Shown here piece after piece: positions 61,028-64,000 of a stretch of DNA of 64,000 nt (the stretch's first letter is position 1; each line of letters begins with the position of its first letter). The DNA is from Lepidodermella squamata (taxonomy: Eukaryota; Animalia; Gastrotricha): NCBI GenBank assembly GCA_047495785.1, contig JBLDXI010000033.1, positions 1,736,001 through 1,800,000 on the forward strand, read 5' to 3'. The notes below the pieces were generated by a model. That model ran no database searches. It was not told the DNA's origin and worked only from the letters and a program-made list of their open reading frames with translations. A program made the translations under genes and the position numbers.

Positions 61028-62382
61028 TCATGCATTTGGAGCAGCATCGCCGTTTTGTTCCGGCTCTTCGTAGCCTTCGACTTTCATGTCATTCAAGCCT
61101 AATTCTTCACATTGCTCGAATGTACGCTCGTAATCTTCAATTTTCAAATGCGCATCTTCATCTTGATAGGATTCGATGAAAATCTTGCCAGCTGGATCGT
61201 CAATAACCAGATGGTAATTCAGCTGGCGACCACTTGCCAGGTCATCCAATTTCTGGACGAAAGATTCGATTTGCGATTTACGATCACTAGCAACGCTGTC
61301 GCCGGCTACGACACCTTCAAGGTCTTCAATAACAGCTCGAATCAGCCCTTCGACCGTAGTTATCCTGCCACCCAACGTGCCAGCAGTTAGCTCGAGTTCA
61401 ACTTCCGGGATTTCGACGGCAGACGTTGCCGATTTCACGACCATTCGTTTCAAATCTTCCATTTTGGTAACATTCAACGTTATTTTCCTAGCCAGGGGAG
61501 ATACGCCGCCCCCGGGTCGAGCCTCAGCCTCACGATATCCGCAACTTGGGCAGTAAGTAGCCATCACAACGACTTCGCCGAAATTAGGGACATCGATTTG
61601 CTTCATATTAGCCTCGCAGTTAGGCTGCTGACATCTCGGACATATCGAGTTGAATTGAATTGCATCATCTTGGACAGCGCCACCTTCGTTGACTTCACCT
61701 GCCGCGGCAGGAATGTTAGAAATTCCCATTTCTTCGTCCTGAGCAGCCGTCCTGTGATAATGGTGTACTGACAGATTTGAATCGACTTGGCCAGGTATTA
61801 GCAGAGTACTGGCAATAAAGCTGTTGCCACAAGGATCATCCAATATAAAAGCAAACGAGCCGTCTTCCAACAAGGTCAATTTGCGGAGTTTCGCAATAAA
61901 CAATGCTAGTTTAACAGCATTCTCGGGATCTTTTTCAATAATATTTTCTCGCGTGATCTCAAGGTTTTCGATGGCTTGGTTCAAAAAGCCTTCAACGGTC
62001 GACAACGAGCCTAGAAGAAGTGCAAGTGCGTTTTAAACTAAGTTGAAATAACATGAAACTCACTTTGGCCAGGCTCGAAGGAAAATTCCAACACAGGAAT
62101 ATCGATTCGGGCCGTTGGCGATCGAATAACTTCTCTATCTAGATCGGTTTTAGACTCGACTTTGAGCTCGTATCGAACACCGCGTTCCGCTATTTCAGTC
62201 GCAGGCATGATATCTCGATTGGTAAAGCCGCACTCATCACAATTAAACGATGAGACCACAATTTGCTTGAAATGGGGAATCTTCGTGGGTAGCAGCTTTG
62301 TCACGCCATTTTTCAAGCAACGCATACAGAGACTTTCGATCTCTGTTATTTCTTCAACATTTGCTGAGAGTGAGGGAAACAT
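61028..62382 (-). CDS. ZPR1: Zinc finger protein ZPR1, 2 exons
   Basis: Two C4 fingers (EIESLCMRC...CDECG; CPRC...CPSCG) each followed by an A/B domain (STVEGFL, LDDPCGNSFI; TTVEGL, IDDPAGKIFI). Confidence 0.95.
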
Positions 62383-63734
62383 TTCAAAGCTTAGCGACAA
62401 AACCCTATAGATCAGAGAGCAGAGATGTAACAATTTAAACTGATGTTATCAAACGATATTCATAAGATTCACAAGACCATTTTTCGAAGATATCAATTCA
62501 CATTTTCTTCTAGCTTTGGCTGCTACATGGCTAGAGACGTGAAAGTAAATGGCGACCTCATTGTTAGCGAAACAACTGACAACTGACAAAATATTCCGTA
62601 AATGGTCCGAAATTTCATCAGTAGATGTAATTTCGAAACTGTTCTCAGACAACATTCGGAGATGCGATTTCTTGACCTAATGTACTCATTTATCTAATGT
62701 ACTAGCCATTCCTGAATTTCATTGTAAGATTTCAAGCGAATTCACTAAAACTAAGAGCAGACGAACCAAATGATGACCTAACCAAAATATCCCTGTAGGA
62801 GGTCATTCTGGAAGGATCGAGAAGGTTTTAATCTTCCCCGATTCACGATTTCTTTTTCTTTCAAAAAGGTGCGCGCCAAAAAGCGGCAAAAGCGCACACG
62901 TGGTCACGTGGTTTTTTGTAAGTAATGCACTGAATCAATTGATTAAAGTTTAACAGATTTTTCAGAATAAATTTGAATTACTATCAATAGCAAAAAGTTG
63001 CCGATATTAAGTGCATCTCTTTCGAGTTTTGAGGGACGTCGGACTTCGGCGGACCTGCGCGGGGTTGCGCTGGCTGTGATCGAGACTCAACTCTCAACTG
63101 CAAGTGTGACGTGTGAGCTGTTGAATTTTGAATTGCATGATATTTTCGGTTCGCTGATTCCGAATATCAGGCTTCTAAAGTCGAGCCACGTGAAGAATTA
63201 TGTGTTTGTTGTTCACCTGCAAATGAGGCCACAACTCAGCTCTCCGTTAACTATGAGCCAAACTGGAACCCTGAGTGAATCCCTTGATACGGTTCTCACC
63301 TTATAGCTTTCGGCAGAGTGAATTAATCTGTTCGTGCGGTGTCGCAAGGGCGTCTTTGGCGTGCAAAGAGCAAAGAAGCAATAAACCTTTAAATATCTTA
63401 AGTTTTGAGCTCCTTGGTTTTCTCCGGATGTTTCCGGTTTTCTCAACAAGGGGTGTGAAGTTTGTCTCTAATTTTGACGTTCTCCGGGCCCATTTTTTCA
63501 TAAATTGAATGTGTTTAGGTAGTATGTTGTATCCTCTGTCCCGGCTTTACGTTTTATTACATCTCACCAATTCGTAACTCGCTATGACCTAAAAATCCAG
63601 CTAACATGTCTTTTTATTCTTGTTTTATTGTGTCTAGGCCCTACAGATGGCTTGTTTTTATGTGATATAACGCCATGAGACCGTGGTGTAAATTAATGTC
63701 GAAGACAATAGTATAGCAGATAATTGACATCTTG

Positions 63735-64000
63735 ATGGCTTTGGAACCTGCTAAATGCTGTGCCTGGCTGCTGATTGTTAACACGATCCTGTTGATATCT
63801 TGCGGTAAGAACTGCCATTTTTGTACGGGCTTTCAATTAAACTTCTATTTACTCCTAGCTGATGGCGTATCTGTTTACTCGTATTTTACGGCCGTCAAGT
63901 TGAGTTACTTCAAGAGTTATGGCAACGTACAGCTTATCAGTTTCGACGTGCCATGTGACACTTGGTATCTCACTGTGTTTTTACAACCGGGCAAAACAGC
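63735..64000 (+). CDS. 5' end of TMEM8/PGAP6-like membrane protein (runs off window)
   Basis: Signal-peptide exon spliced to SVYSYFTAVKLSYFKSYGNVQLISFDVPCDT, resembling the TMEM8A N-terminus (RLSFYSWYGSARLFRFRVPPD). Confidence 0.55.
   Translation, partial: MALEPAKCCAWLLIVNTILLISCGKNCHFCTGFQLNFYLLLADGVSVYSYFTAVKLSYFKSYGNVQLISFDVPCDTWYLTVFLQPGKT

Overview
Gene-dense animal (invertebrate-like) nuclear DNA with mostly ~50-60 nt GT-AG introns. Recognisable host genes: Erbin/Densin-type LAP protein, NUP155, a vasculin/GPBP1-like gene, VCP/p97, RMND5, LTV1, YTHDC2, an unusual small heat-shock protein, MECR plus a broken partial duplicate, POP1, PCID2, ZPR1 and the start of a TMEM8-like gene. There are also tRNA-Gly, tRNA-Ser, a divergent U3-like snoRNA and several MITE/LINE relics. 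The standout is a 4.75-kb Tc1/mariner element (30856-35604) with perfect 26-bp TIRs, TA flanks and an intact DD41D transposase. It carries three membrane-protein passengers: a shortened Brambleberry/GEX1/Kar5-type nuclear-fusion protein, a truncated NEMP/TMEM194-type inner-nuclear-membrane protein, and a mucin-like single-pass protein. Other notable features are a well-formed tRNA cloverleaf with an abnormal anticodon loop lying sense inside a POP1 (RNase P/MRP subunit) intron, operon-like spacing suggesting trans-splicing (LTV1-YTHDC2; ZPR1-PCID2-POP1), an array of at least six phase-2 alternative first exons at 1-7341, and a secreted cationic (Ser-X)n protein. All family assignments are from motif recognition by eye; no searches were run.
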